Shown here in pieces: positions 34,406-47,589 of a DNA stretch of 48,791 bases (position 1 is its first letter; every line of letters starts with the position of its first letter). Location: positions 156,841,986 to 156,890,776 of the forward strand of contig NC_068981.1 of the NCBI RefSeq assembly GCF_001194135.2, in the 5' to 3' direction. The stretch comes from Octopus bimaculoides (lineage: Eukaryota). The translations under genes were made by a program, and so were the position numbers. The notes beneath the pieces were generated by a model. That model was not told the origin of the DNA, ran no database searches, and saw only the letters and a list, made by a program, of their open reading frames with translations.

Positions 34406-35297
34406 GTACGTACGTACATACACAGAAACCTGTGTTTGTGTAATGTGTTTGAGTATAATGTCAAATAATTTTGTTCAAAAGCGTAATTGGAAAAAAGCAC
34501 ACATGTTGGACATACCGATAATCTGTGTCAACTGCCTACGTATGAGAAGAATTGTTTTAGTAGATGCCCCAATGCTGACAAATACACGTTAACACACTGG
34601 AAAATTGCGCCTAATCTTGACTAATACTCTTTTTGGGATAACACCCAGCCCTATATTCATTCAAAATCCTCCAATAGACACATTGGACACCTAGCCCTAT
34701 GTATACACCACTCAGAATAGTTTTGGCACTTGCAAATCATAGCTACATAAATAAACAAGCCACAGAAAAATTCCTATCTCCGACACTCTCGCCTCATTTC
34801 ACAAACACAACACAAACAAAATATTTCATATGCATAAAACAACACATTACATCTAACGAATATGTTTTAGTACTTCATATAAACTTACTTGAAATTTCTA
34901 AAACATTTTATTTTCCTTTTCTCAAAGTATTCCTTACATAGAAATACGTCGTTGATCTAAGAGACATAACTCAGCTGACAACGAAGCGATTTATGTCCTC
35001 TTTCTTATACCAACCTTAGACTCACTATTTTTCCCTATTTTCATCTTTACGTTTTTTGTCATTTTTTCTCTAGAAGCCATATTTGCAATGACTGACAAAA
35101 CGTTCAGAGGCAAATTTAAATTCTATACGAAGTATTACAAACTAAATAGCACACAGATAACTCTTTGTCCATGAAACTTAAATACGTAGCACGTGTACGT
35201 CTTAAATACAGTATTAAAATCGCTTTTAGCTCTGCCAGCGACATTGAGTTATCCCTATTCGTCGTGTGTTCACGCTGTAGTATATATACATACATAA

Positions 35298-35715
35298 CAG
35301 GTACATTCGAGAAGTTTTGAGACTTTTTCTAAGCGAGAAAATCTGTCCTAGATTATTACAAATTTAGCATGTCATTACTATACATCTAATAAGCTGCTCT
35401 ACAAACCATTCCCCCCCCCACCTAGATTGAAGCAGGCAGCTGTAAAAGCACTTTGAACACACTCTACTAAACACTGTTTATCCCAGTTGAATAGTTTGCA
35501 GAATGTGGTCGGACGTGAACACAATTTACAAGTTCATTATGCAATAAAGTTTTGTCTTAAACTGGACAAACAGAAATGTTCCAGACTGCTTATGAGATTA
35601 ACTTGCATGCACTGAGCAGCGGTTTATTGCTGGTACAAGGAGTTCAAAGATAGTAGAGCGGAGGCGAGAGACAATGAGAGGTGATAGACGATGAGAGGTG
35701 ATAGACGATGGGAGG
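35298..35715 (+). mobile_element. Mariner 5' relic (TIR and HTH region)
   Basis: TIR-like CAGGTACATTCGAGAAGTTTTGAGAC; remnants HYAIKFCLKLDK, EMFQTAYE, VYCWYKEFKDSRAEARDNER. Confidence 0.65.
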
Positions 35716-36079
35716 TACGGGAGGGAGAGAGACGTTTAGAAGTTCGGTGCTGTCTTTTGATCAAATAAGAAAGTGTGAATTTTTAGCTATACAGATCCTG
35801 CACTTTTTTTTACCAATTAAGATATGGCCTAGACCTTTCTATGATGCCCACTTATATAGTATGTGCTCTATTACTGTCCTTCAGGTTCCAGATATGGCTT
35901 GCTAGCATTTTGCTTTACTTTTTGTCAACGTACTTAAAAGAAGATTGGCTGGCATATTTATTTTAAAAGACTTTCACGCAGTCCAATATGTTTTTTTTTT
36001 TTCGGTTCCTTTATTTGGCAGAAGGGAGATGACCTCAGCTTCGTAGATAAATAAGCTGACCATGTACGCATGGTTTAGT

Positions 36080-36450
36080 GAGCCAGTATCTGGGTTCCTG
36101 ATGTGGCGGTTTGGAATGGACATATTGATTGGCTTACATAGAATGATTTTTTATATATTAGAGCTGTAGCTATAGGAAACTGTTTTAGAACGTCTGTTTA
36201 ATATCTTCTAATATCTATAGCACTTGGAGAAATGTTTAACTATCAATACCAGGAATTCTTTTAGTGAACATTAATTCTAATATTCAATAAGAAAAGGTGG
36301 GGAAATATATAACTTTACTAGGTTTACTTTTTGACTTGGTTCTTGGTTGGGATGAAGTGGGATATCTTCTCTATGAAGCCACTGTTGGCCAGGGCGCTAT
36401 GACTATTTAAACTATTTCTCGATAAGGCAGCCAACATTCATTAAATAATA
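36080..36450 (-). mobile_element. Penelope-like element relic (RT to GIY-YIG linker)
   Basis: Frameshifted minus-strand pieces ALANSGFIEKI, KVIYFP, LNIRINV, EFLVLIVKHFSK, KILNRRSKTVSYS match the PLE motif NPPFS.NV.TNIG..FL.LIDKHF..KIFNR...K.SYS. Confidence 0.65.
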
Positions 36451-36837
36451 TTTATCTCTCACTGAATTGGATATGTTTTCATGATCTTGTCAACAACTGA
36501 ACAGTACACTACATATATTCATAAAAACTGGCACTCCATCAGTTACGATGATGAATGTTCCAATTTATCCGATCAATTGAATAGCCTGCTCGTAGAATTA
36601 ACGTGCACACCACAGACATGCGTATTCTTAACGTAGTTCTCAGGGATATTCAGCATGACACTGAGAGTGCCAAGGCTGGCCCTCTGAAATACAAATGCTT
36701 ATCATTTCTGCCAGCTTAGTGAACTGGAGCAACGTGAAGTAAAGTGTCTTGTCAAGGACACAACGCGCTGCCAGGTGTCGAGCTTGCGATATACCTCTCA
36801 TGAGCCGAATAACCTAACTACTCATCCACGCGTCTTC

Positions 36838-37052
36838 ACTCACACACACGCACGCACACACACATACATACATACATACATACATACATACATACATACA
36901 TGTGTGTGCGTGCGCGTGTGTGCGTGTGTGTGTGTGTCTGTGTGTCTGTGTATGTGTGTCTGTGTGTGTGTCTGTGTGTCTGTGTGTGTCTGTGTGTGCG
37001 CGCGTGCGCGTACACGTGTGTGAGAGTGCGCGCGCGCGTATGCATATATGTG
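36838..37052. repeat. (CA)n(TACA)n-(TG)n compound microsatellite
   Basis: Direct reading. Confidence 0.9.
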
Positions 37053-39274
37053 AGTACGTTAATCAAAGGGGATAAGGAGGGGTGGCAAAGCTGACCTTTG
37101 TATCACCCTACTGATGATACTGGTGTGAATGTAGGTGAACGCCCGTAAGTAAAGTGTATATCAGTAATGCTAAAGAAAAGAGTTTCTACACTGCCGTTGA
37201 CATTACATAAAAAAGCAAACTCCCTCAAATCACGCTTTGTCATCCTAGGAATGACACGTTGGGTGTCGTAATGGATTGTGGCTCATTGGCAAAAGATGAT
37301 ATAGTCACAGCTGGAAAGCCACTTCAAGATAAGTTTGCTGTTTATTCGTGTTATTATAATTCGGAAGGGGTTAAATTATGAGGACTGTCCTAGGAATTAC
37401 ACTCCAACAAAAATAACAACATGAAAGGTTTCAACTTTTCAAGAGATGCAGCTCTCGGAAGAAAGCATTTAGCGAAGTCTTTCTTACCGTACCTACATCG
37501 TAAGACATAGTTGGCTCGACGAGAAGGGGAGTGAATGATGCTTTGTGTGGGCGTTTGTTGTGGAGGTTGTGGACAACTTGGCAGTCCAGACTGTAGTAAC
37601 TTCAGATGACGTAAACTGATACTTCGTTGGTTACGACGACGAGTGTTGTTGATCCAATCAACAGAATAACCTGGTCGTGAAATTAACGCGCAAATGGCTG
37701 AGCACTCCACAAACACACGTACCCTTATTGTATTGCAATTCTCAGAGTGATTCAGCGTGACACAGAATGTAACAAGGTTCAATTACAGGTACTACTCATT
37801 TTTGTCAGCTGAATGAGATAAAGTGTCTTCCTGAAGGACAAAACGCGCCATCAGGAATCGAACTCACGACCTTACAATCGTAGACCGAATACACCTAACC
37901 ATTAAGCTACGCACCTTCACTAGATGACGTAAAAGGTGAGCACAGAATTATAGCCAAGTAACCGAAGGTTTTCGTGCGTGTGTGTGTGTGTGTGTGTAGA
38001 GGTTATATTTTTTTTCATTCCTTCGAGTCATTATAGCTTTGTACGTAGCAGCAGTTGCATTATTTCAAGTATGTAAACTTTATCGCTCTCTCTCCCTCTC
38101 ATCATATACACACTCTCACACACATATATATAATACATATATATATATATATATATATATANNNNNNNNNNNNNNNNNNNNNNNNNNNNNNNNNNNNNNN
38201 NNNNNNNNNNNNNNNNNNNNNNNNNNNNNNNNNNNNNNNNNNNNNNNNNNNNNNNNNNNNNNNNNNNNNNNNNNNNNNNNNNNNNNNNNNNNNNNNNNNN
38301 NNNNNNNNNNNNNNNNNNNNNNNNNNNNNNNNNNNNNNNNNNNNNNNNNNNNNNNNNNNNNNNNNNNNNNNNNNNNNNNNNNNNNNNNNNNNNNNNNNNN
38401 NNNNNNNNNNNNNNNNNNNNNNNNNNNNNNNNNNNNNNNNNNNNNNNNNNNNNNNNNNNNNNNNNNNNNNNNNNNNNNNNNNNNNNNNNNNNNNNNNNNN
38501 NNNNNNNNNNNNNNNNNNNNNNNNNNNNNNNNNNNNNNNNNNNNNNNNNNNNNNNNNNNNNNNNNNNNNNNNNNNNNNNNNNNNNNNNNNNNNNNNNNNN
38601 NNNNNNNNNNNNNNNNNNNNNNNNNNNNNNNNNNNNNNNNNNNNNNNNNNNNNNNNNNNNNNNNNNNNNNNNNNNNNNNNNNNNNNNNNNNNNNNNNNNN
38701 NNNNNNNNNNNNNNNNNNNNNNNNNNNNNNNNNNNNNNNNNNNNNNNNNNNNNNNNNNNNNNNNNNNNNNNNNNNNNNNNNNNNNNNNNNNNNNNNNNNN
38801 NNNNNNNNNNNNNNNNNNNNNNNNNNNNNNNNNNNNNNNNNNNNNNNNNNNNNNNNNNNNNNNNNNNNNNNNNNNNNNNNNNNNATATATATATATATAT
38901 AAACATACATGTATACATACATGCATACATACATAAAAGAGAGGATGAACGTGGGAGAGAAAGATAGGAGAGATGTACATATTTATTGTTTATTTGTTTG
39001 TTTGTTTTTTTTTGCTTTACTTTTTACAAATGCTTGTATGCATACTTAAGTATATCTATCTATATTTTAACTACCGTACGCATTTCTATAAACATTCTTT
39101 AGTACGAAGAATTATATAAATAACATTAAAGTAAACAAATTAAAAATGTATTGGAAGTTTACTTAATGTAGAAAAAACAAATAAACAGTTCGTTGATAAT
39201 CGCTCTCGAAATCTCATCCATCTTCCGAAATGTCTTTAGTAGTTTGTAGTTATTACTGATTAGTCCCTTTTTTA

Positions 39275-40541
39275 CAAGGGTAAGTCAAAATTTAAACACA
39301 TCCTTGCTTCAGTAATTTATTAAAATAAAAGCAAGAGTTAAACAATTACATCATTTTTCGTCATAGTCTCCTGGCTTTTCCATACACTTCTTTCAATGGT
39401 CCACAAGCTTGCTTAATTCCATCGAAGAAGAATGTTTTCGAATAGACGCTCAGCCATTTACGCACCACTTCCTGCAGTTCGTCCGTAACAAATCGACGAT
39501 CGCGTAAGTGATGTTTGATCGATCCAGATAGGTGATAAATGGAAGGGGCGAGATCTGGACTGTATGCAGGGTATTCCAGAAACTCGAAGCTCAATTATTC
39601 AATGGTTTCAACGGTGTGGGTGGCCATATGTGGGTGGCTATATGTGGGTGTGCATAGTCGTGCAACAATAACACTTGATTTGACATTGGCGTTTGGTGCA
39701 AATTGCTGGTTTCAGTTTGTTGGCCAGTATCTCAATGTAGCCTACACCGGTGACTGGAGAACCCTGTAATATTCTAGTATAAGCCCTTTTGCGTCCTAAA
39801 AAAACGATTAGCATCACTTTTTTCTGTGGTAAGTTAAGTCTTAAATTTCCACTCTTTACCCTGCCTTTTGGATTCTGGCCCAAAGTGATGAACCCAGGTT
39901 TCATTTCCTGTGACTGTTCTCTCCACAAAAGCTTTGCCTTCATCGTTATAGCTGTCGAGTAAGCATTGACGGATCTCCACACGATTGCGTCTATATACTT
40001 CAGTAATCTCTCTTAGAACCCATCTCGCACTGACTTCACAGAAGCGAAGCTTGATGTTGATGATTTTGTATGGAGAACGATGATTTATGCGCAGAGAATA
40101 TACTACCTCATTGATGACTCGTCGGCTCACCAGTACCATCTCTCGAGCTTGCTGAATCTGCACATCACTAGTAGCGGTTGATGAACATTCTGCTCCCTCT
40201 TTGTGTTTCACACTTGTGCGGTCATTTTTCAACTTGTCGATTTACTTATACGCAATTGTATGCAATAGAGCACTGTCTCCGTATTGTACTGAAAGCCTGC
40301 TGTGAATCTCAGCCCTTGACACACCTTTAGACTAGAGAAATCGGATCACTGATCCCTGCTCTATTTTGGTGCGCACTGCCAGCGGATCGCCTTGATTACT
40401 CCGTAACACAAGAAAGAAAACTGGAGCGATCGATTACGTAACTATAAGAGTATTACCTTTTAGCACGCGACCGCTAAAGGTAGTGCGACCAACCTACAGA
40501 AAGTTTTGGAGAAAGTGCGGATAAGTTTTTACTTTCTCTTG
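39275..40541 (-). mobile_element. Full-length (1267 bp) dead mariner transposon
   Basis: TIRs CAAGGGTAAGTCAAAATTTA / reverse complement CAAGAGAAAGTAAAAACTTA (16/20), TA on both sides; VSARWVLREIT, TVTGNETWVHH (D1->N), LHDYAHPH, YSPDLAPSIYHL (D3->I). Confidence 0.92.
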
Positions 40542-43079
40542 TAAACTTCATCAGAGGGTTTTTTATTTTCATTTTTCTTTTTTCTTTTTGTTCGGCTATT
40601 GAGTATCTAGGACTACATTATCCAATGTATGCAATTTTTAAGAGGATAGGTTTTGATATGAGGGATATCTGACTCCTACGTCTGATTGGTCAATCACTCG
40701 GCCGCGAGCAGGCTTCCACCTTTGGCTCGTCCAATTTATGAAGTAATAACTTCAGTTACTGCTTAGTCCCATGTCAGCCTCGTTCGAACAGATCTGTGAT
40801 CAAAGTAGTTCCAGTCTTGATCATCTTGTCTTTATATATGAGAGACTATAGAACCCGATGAATAATTCTTTGTTTGAGACGTTAGGATGAGATTTGAGGA
40901 AGATTTAGCTGTTACTTTTAATCGGAAGAGCAACCACATAGTGAAATTTGCCTATCCTTGTCTCGTCTAGCTGGCTTTATCATTAAAGCAATTGGACTCC
41001 GGAAAGGGAATAGCATCCTAATAGAATATTTTTGAGTTGTTTATTTTATTCTCTGGGTCCCAACTACTAGATATCTTGTGACAGCAAAAAATATGAAATA
41101 TTATACTTTAAGGCCTGAAACGGCTTGATAATGACGCATGGTTTAAACATGTCAAAAGTCTTTTTGTCGATAAAATGTAACGTAGATTTAGCTGGGTATT
41201 GGATTGTACTATGTCCGGCTTAGCCTCCAAATTTTTAATTTCGAAGCATTTCTTCGCTTTCTCCTTTCTTGTTCCTCTTTCCCTGTCTCTCTCTTCCTCT
41301 CTCTGTATCTCTCCTTTGATATATATATATATATATAACTTTTACGAAGTTTAATAAACATGTACTCTACAAAACAGTATTGAGTAAATTTTCAGTTGAA
41401 TGTTAGTTTGTTTTTATGACAACTTGACATATAAACACAATGTATGTGTGGCGATGTGGGGGTTATACCAATGTGCGTATTTGAGCTTATGAATGTATTG
41501 TCAGTATTGTTGTGTTTGTACAACAACTGACAGAATCAACTGACATCAGTTTTCACAAGAAAAGCTGAAAAACTCAAACAAGAAATTACAGGCTTATGTC
41601 CCTTACATCTCAAACGTTGTACAGATATATTACCTGGTCTAAACATTGTGAAGTATTTGACAGCAGTAATGTACTGAATAGCAGCAAATCGTACAGTTTC
41701 CTGAAGTAAGGAAATTATCTTATCACACTACTAAGGCAAGTGAGCACTATAGCCTACACTGTCGACCGTCGGTAGGCTTGTATCCCATCTTTGGCCTTGC
41801 TTTGCATCTTTGGCGAAGAAAACCTGAATGGCCCAATCCACCAAACTTTTTTCCTCAATACGCAGCAAGCTCAGTTTTCAACTACTTAATTTCAAAGTAG
41901 TCATAACGGATCTGTGCTTCGTGGAGACAAAATGTTGAGTGTGCTGCTCATGCTGCTGTTTAGCTCTAGTTTAACCGTGATCAAACAGATCTTTGACCAA
42001 ACGCATTCCTTCTATGACAGTCCCGTCTTTCTGGGAGTGTCGCGTTTTTTCCTACCCCTCTGTGTATTTTACAAGTCATCATCTTGTTTGATATAGCCAA
42101 TTCTGAAAGAATAAAAGAGGAGGAAAGAGAGAGAGAGAGAGAGATTGGGATGGGAAACAACTCCATGATTTGGCTGCGATTTAACAAATTCCAAAAGGGA
42201 GAAATATACGAGTTGGCCTTAGTAGGATTTCAACTTAGATCGCAAGAATTCGAAACAAATGTTGCAAGACATTATAAAAGCAGGACACTTTTAAAAACAG
42301 CGAAAATTTCGTTGCTATTTCTTGCAGATCAAGAGAATACATAAAGACTCCTTCGTTGGCTCATGTGAAGTTCATGCTTTTCCAATGGTGTTAGATGAGT
42401 AAATGAAAATAAGATTGTGTTGTGGTCTTGACTTACTCGTCACGCAAAATTCGTACATAACTACTACTTAGTTTTTGTTTTAGCTGAATTTTCTTATAAA
42501 TGAATCTTCCCATAAACAAAAGACACAAAAAAATGAAAATATGAAACACTACAAATATACGAATATAATTTATTTACAATTTATTTGGATCACTCAGTGA
42601 AAAGGAAGACTTCAGTTATAAAAACACCTAATGGATCGTAAATCGTTATTGTCATTGAAAGCACTGCGATGACTCTCTGAATAATTCTCTAGCTCAAGAG
42701 AATTTGACAGCAAACAAGGTTTACAACAGCTTCTTTGCTTCAAATGGATGGACGATTGCTTAATCAGAAATAAGGTAAAATTTCGGAATAAAGCCTTTCT
42801 TGCCCTGATCATAGCGTCTTTTTTTATTTTTCTGTTCAGGCATTGGATATCTAGAACTATATAAGCAATATTTTCTCTTTTTGAGAGGCTTTATTTTGAA
42901 GAATATTTAGCTGGTATGTCTAACCGGTCAATTGAAGAACCTTCTGTGTTGGTCACAGTAAATAAAAAAATCAACAATAAAAAAGAGCTTCTGAAATGGT
43001 GAAAGTGGTTAGTCAATATTCAACGAACCTTTCTTTTCGAAAACGTTTGGTTTTCTTCTCCATACTCAATTGCAATTAT

Positions 43080-43255
43080 ACTTCCTTTTTCGCACGAGCG
43101 ATTCCTGGAGACGTTCGTGACAAGCACTGTGTCCAACTAAGGAAGTTTCGTCAGTAAATGCAAAGAGATTTTTTTTTTTTTGTCTTCGCTCGTGTGTTTT
43201 TTGTAAGTCACCATCTTGTTTGCCAAAACAAATTCTGAGACAATGGAAGAAATGG
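43080..43255 (-). mobile_element. Possible mariner C-terminal fragment
   Basis: HFFHCLRICFGKQ..CHERLQESLVRKRKY resembles DYHLFxSLQNxLxGK..LPERWQxVIxxxGxY. Confidence 0.4.
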
Positions 43256-43374
43256 GGGGGGGNNNNNNNNNNNNNNNNNNNNNNNNNNNNNNNNNNNNNN
43301 NGGGGGGGGGGAGAACAAGAAAGAGAGGGAGGGAAGAAAGGAATCAACTTCAAGATTTAGCTGGAATTCTATTA

Positions 43375-43498
43375 ATTTCGAAAGAATGAAATGTAAAGTT
43401 GACCTCTGTAGGATTAGTACTCAAGGCGTAGGAAATCAAAACAAATATTATAAAGCATTCTATCCGACGTTCTAACGATTCTGCCAGTTCGCCGCCTT
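43375..43498 (-). mobile_element. Degenerate SINE family A
   Basis: Ends AACGATTCTGCCAGTTCGCCGCCTT, the reverse complement of the family A head. Confidence 0.7.
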
Positions 43499-43759
43499 TG
43501 CAGAATTCCATAAACTCATATGAGAGGTTTAAAAACTTGTGAGTTTATCTTCTATACTCAGTGAAACCTCATATTTTTTAAGAATTCAATCTCTTTGGTC
43601 TTTATTATTACCGTTACTTGGAGCATGTGTCAATGTTCTCGCTGTGTACATCTTTAGTAAGACAGAGATTTGAAGCAAACAAGTTACTTGATATAGTTGA
43701 GGCATTTAAAAGAAAGTCTCATTTTGAAAGCGCCGGACTGTAAAAAGAATTTTCTTAAT

Positions 43760-44200
43760 TTCCTTGTTTGAAGAAAGAGTCGTAGAATCGATCTATTATT
43801 GAAAGAAAAAACTAGTATTGGTGAGAACTTCGGAATACGATGGAAAAGTACATGCCGAAGGAAACTGTTAACAACTGGATCCTGTAACTATCCCTGTTGG
43901 ACATTCTTAACACCGAAGACCTTACAGAAACTTACTGGAACTACAAAGTAACAAAGCCAAAACATTTTTTCTCAAATTCTTTTCCGATCCATTTTCTTGA
44001 CAGAGTTCAGATTAAAATAGATAACTGTATGTCCAAAATCTACAGAGACTACTAGAATCAATAATTCTGTTTCCTCCAGTTTACCTCTGAGAAGCTACAT
44101 TTTCGAATTTGCCGCATATAAAGAATATGACCAGCAATAAAATGAAATCAAGTTTCGCTCATATTAGATTGGCGCTTGAATACTACACCAAATATCGAGA
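43760..44200 (+). mobile_element. hAT transposase C-terminal (dimerisation domain) relic
   Basis: LLELQSNKAKTFF (~43932) and IILFPPVYL*EATFSNLPHIKNMTSNKMK (~44061) match LLPFPTTYLCEAxFSxLxxIKxKxRNRL. Confidence 0.7.
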
Positions 44201-45204
44201 AACATAATCAACAACAGAAGAGTCACTAATTTTGCTTACCATGTTGACAAATGAAAATGGTTGTTAATTGGCTGTAAGTATTTCAACGATTGTGTTTTCT
44301 TTCCTTTTCTTTCTTTTGCAGCTCAATATTATACATATATTAAAAAAAAAAGTGTATAAGTGACAAGTTCGAATATAACTTTACCTACCATTTCATACTC
44401 TAACGGAAGATTTAAGAAGTGTTGGCTGATTCGATTCATCATCAAAACGGTGATGGAGAAAACAGATATAGAAAATTAAAAAGGAGCGATAATTGGTGAA
44501 ATCTACATAACAACACGCTGCAATCATGAAGACAGACTGGAAGATTAATGTCTAACAAATGGGAGATGGATATAGAAAAACAACGGAAAGCGTAAGCAGG
44601 TGGTTGTGATAAAGACGCAATCAGACTTTCCTGGTGCCAAGATCAACACTGCTTTCGCCGATTTTCTCGGAGGCGAAGAAAAACTGGCTTGGATTTGGTT
44701 CTATGAAAGCCATAATGGTAACCATTGAATGTATATGTATGTGTGTGTGTGCGCGCGTCTAATATATATATATATGTATGTATATACACACACATATATG
44801 TTTAAATACTTATGTATATACACACACACACATATATATATGTACCTATCTGAATTTTCTCTCATGCCTATAAATCGCAGCCTGCCCATGAACTGGCCAT
44901 AGACATAACTTGTGTGTGTGCGTGTGTGTGTGTGTGTGTGTCTCCTCACCGCTTGATAAGCAGTGTTGGTATGTTTACGTCCCCGTAACCTTGCGTTTCA
45001 GCAAAATAGAACGACAGAATAAGTACCAGACTTTTAAAAAATGATTAATAAGTACATAGATCGATTCGTTCGACTAAAAATTCTTCAAGGATGTGCCCCA
45101 GCATGGCTGCAATGTAAAGACAAGTAAAGATATTATTTATAGCCGTATGCACTTCAAGATTGCCGTTAATTTTTTTTTTTATTCATATACACGCGCGTAA
45201 ACAC

Positions 45205-45239
<35 letters not shown>

Positions 45240-45929
45240 TATAGATCTGTGTATCGATTTGTCTATCTATCTCTCATATCTCTTCAATACACTTTCAGTT
45301 TTCTGTTTGCTCACCAATATGCTTGCTCACCATATCTGGCTTGCCATTGTGATTCTGAATAAACACATTAAAATGTAAATGTGATATATGTTCTTCAAAT
45401 ATACTGACTTTCAAGACTTTCTCTGAGAACCCCACACAGTTACCTCTAGGTTTTTGTTATCTTTCTCCAACAGGAAATTTCCATCAGTTTCTTCTTCTTC
45501 TTCTTCTTCTTCTTCTTCAGTTGTGGTTAGGACGTTATCATTTAGTCTCGCCCTTTAAATTAACTATTGTATAAACAGGCTTGACTCAAATGGAACGAAG
45601 TTCGTGAGTTACTGTTTTGAAGCGTTTCTTTTGTGACGTAATAATAGACAAAAAATATTTTTTAAAACGACATATCTGCAACGATTTAGGAAGCACCAAC
45701 ATTGTATTCATAGACTTTTACAATCGTATGATCAACAGATAGCAACGGAAGCGAGGTCCCTACAAGTTTATAATCACGGATATCCAGGAAAGTATAAAGT
45801 GTATTTTTTTCTTCGGCATACGTACACTCAAGTACGCGCGCGCGCGCCCATTTACGCACACGCACACTGGCACATCCACGCATACATACACACATGCATG
45901 CGCACACATAAAGACTACAATATATATAT

Positions 45930-46530
45930 AGGAGTGAGAGGAGTGAGAGTGAGAGTGGAAGTTCCGAGAGTGCCACCGGAAGTTGCACCGGAGTGGTTGG
46001 TTGCGGCGGTTCTGGCTGCAACCAGGGAGGGTCCGGAGTTGGGACCGTGGCGAAGGCGGGAGTGCGCAGATGGTGGGGGTTTGGATTCGGAACGTGGCTT
46101 TTTGCCGCATTCGAGGGCATGGAGGGGGTTCCCTTCCGGATTGGGGTGGAGGACGAGAGGACGTTGAATGTCGTAGTTAGGAGAGGGGTGGCCGNNNNNN
46201 NNNNCCCTGAGAAGCGAAGGAAGGGTGGGTCGAGGGAGCGGTCAACGGAAAAGGGAGGGGAGAGAGGAGGGCCGGAAGCTGGTAATGTGCGGGAGGGGGA
46301 GGAGGGAACGGATGGAGATATTGGGTGCAGGGGGGTTTTGATGAAGTGCGGGAGGAGCAGGCGGATGGACGGAGGGATTGCGAAGTTGAATGAGGTGGTA
46401 GGAGTGAGGATGCCGGGGGCCTGTGCTGGGAGGTGCATTTTGGTGCATGGGGGTTATTGCTGGGGGTGCATGGGTGAGTTTGATGGAAATGTGGGAGCGG
46501 GGCGAGTTTGGTTGGTGGAAACACCACTCC
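45930..46530. other. GC-rich, strongly G-skewed island (probable reverse-strand LINE ORF1-like low-complexity relic)
   Basis: Visibly GC-rich against the AT-rich background; minus strand is C-rich and reads as Pro/Ser/Thr-rich; no domain recognised; 10-N gap at 46195-46204. Confidence 0.4.
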
Positions 46531-46712
46531 CTAGAACTGATTATTTACAGTTGATAAAGACGAAAGTAACAGTGATTAATGGGAGAAAAATAACGCGAAT
46601 ATTTCAATTTTGGGAGTTGCAAAACTGTTAAAATAAAAGTGAAAAACTGGATAAAGGCGCTGGATTCTTTGTGCCTCGCTACAGAACTATAATGACCAAA
46701 AGAAATAAGAAA

Positions 46713-46910
46713 CGTTAGCACGCCGGGCGAAATGCTTAGCGGTATTTCGTCTGTCTTTACGTTCTGAGTTCAAATTCCGCCGAGGTCGACTTTGCCTTTG
46801 ATCCTTTCGGGGTTGATAAATTAAGTACCAGATGTGTACTGGGGCCGATCTAATCTGCTGGCCCCCTCCTCCAAAATTTCGGGCCTTGTGCCTAGACTAG
46901 AAAAGGATAT
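46713..46910 (+). mobile_element. Young SINE family A copy, head slightly truncated
   Basis: CGTTAGCACGCCGGGCGAAATGCTTAGCGG..GAGTTCAAATTCCGCCGAGGTCGAC..GATAAATTAAGTACCAG. Confidence 0.9.
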
Positions 46911-47538
46911 GTAACTTACTAATTCCGCCTCTTTCTTCATCTCATTCTCGGTTTGAAAAAGTTTGGAAAATGGTTCTTCCCTCGAGCTTCGGCATTTGTT
47001 TTTGTCACAAAATTTTGCCAAGTAGTTGACTNNNNNNNNNNNNNNNNNNNNNNNNNNNNNNNNNNNNNNNNNNNNNNNNNNNNNNNNNNNNNNNNNNNNN
47101 NNNNNNNNNNNNNNNNNNNNNNNNNNNNNNNNNNNNNNNNNNNNNNNNNNNNNNNNNNNNNNNNNNNNNNNNNNNNNNNNNNNNNNNNNNNNNNNNNNNN
47201 NNNNNNNNNNNNNNNNNNNNNNNNNNNNNNNNNNNNNNNNNNNNNNNNNNNNNNNNNNNNNNNNNNNNNNNNNNNNNNNNNNNNNNNNNNNNNNNNNNNN
47301 NNNNNNNNNNNNNNNNNNNNNNNNNNNNNNNNNNNNNNNNNNNNNNNNNNNNNNNNNNNNNNNNNGAAAACTTAGTCTTCAATTTTCCTAAGTTAATTGC
47401 AAACGAATTAAAATAGAATAAGTTATCTATTTTTTTTCTTTAATATTCACAGAGTGTATTGGTGTTATGTGAGATGAAGTAAAGACTACATATCGGAAGT
47501 GAAACAGACGAACACACGAACACGAGTGCGCACGCAAA

Positions 47539-47589
<51 letters not shown>

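Noticed and set aside
41700-42068. Tc1-like element ending ..CCTACCCCTCTGTGTA
   Set aside because: TIR-like end only; no partner TIR or convincing transposase motif found.
44626-44650. U1 snRNA-like start (ACTTTCCTGG)
   Set aside because: Similarity limited to ~10 nt; no Sm site or stem-loops follow.
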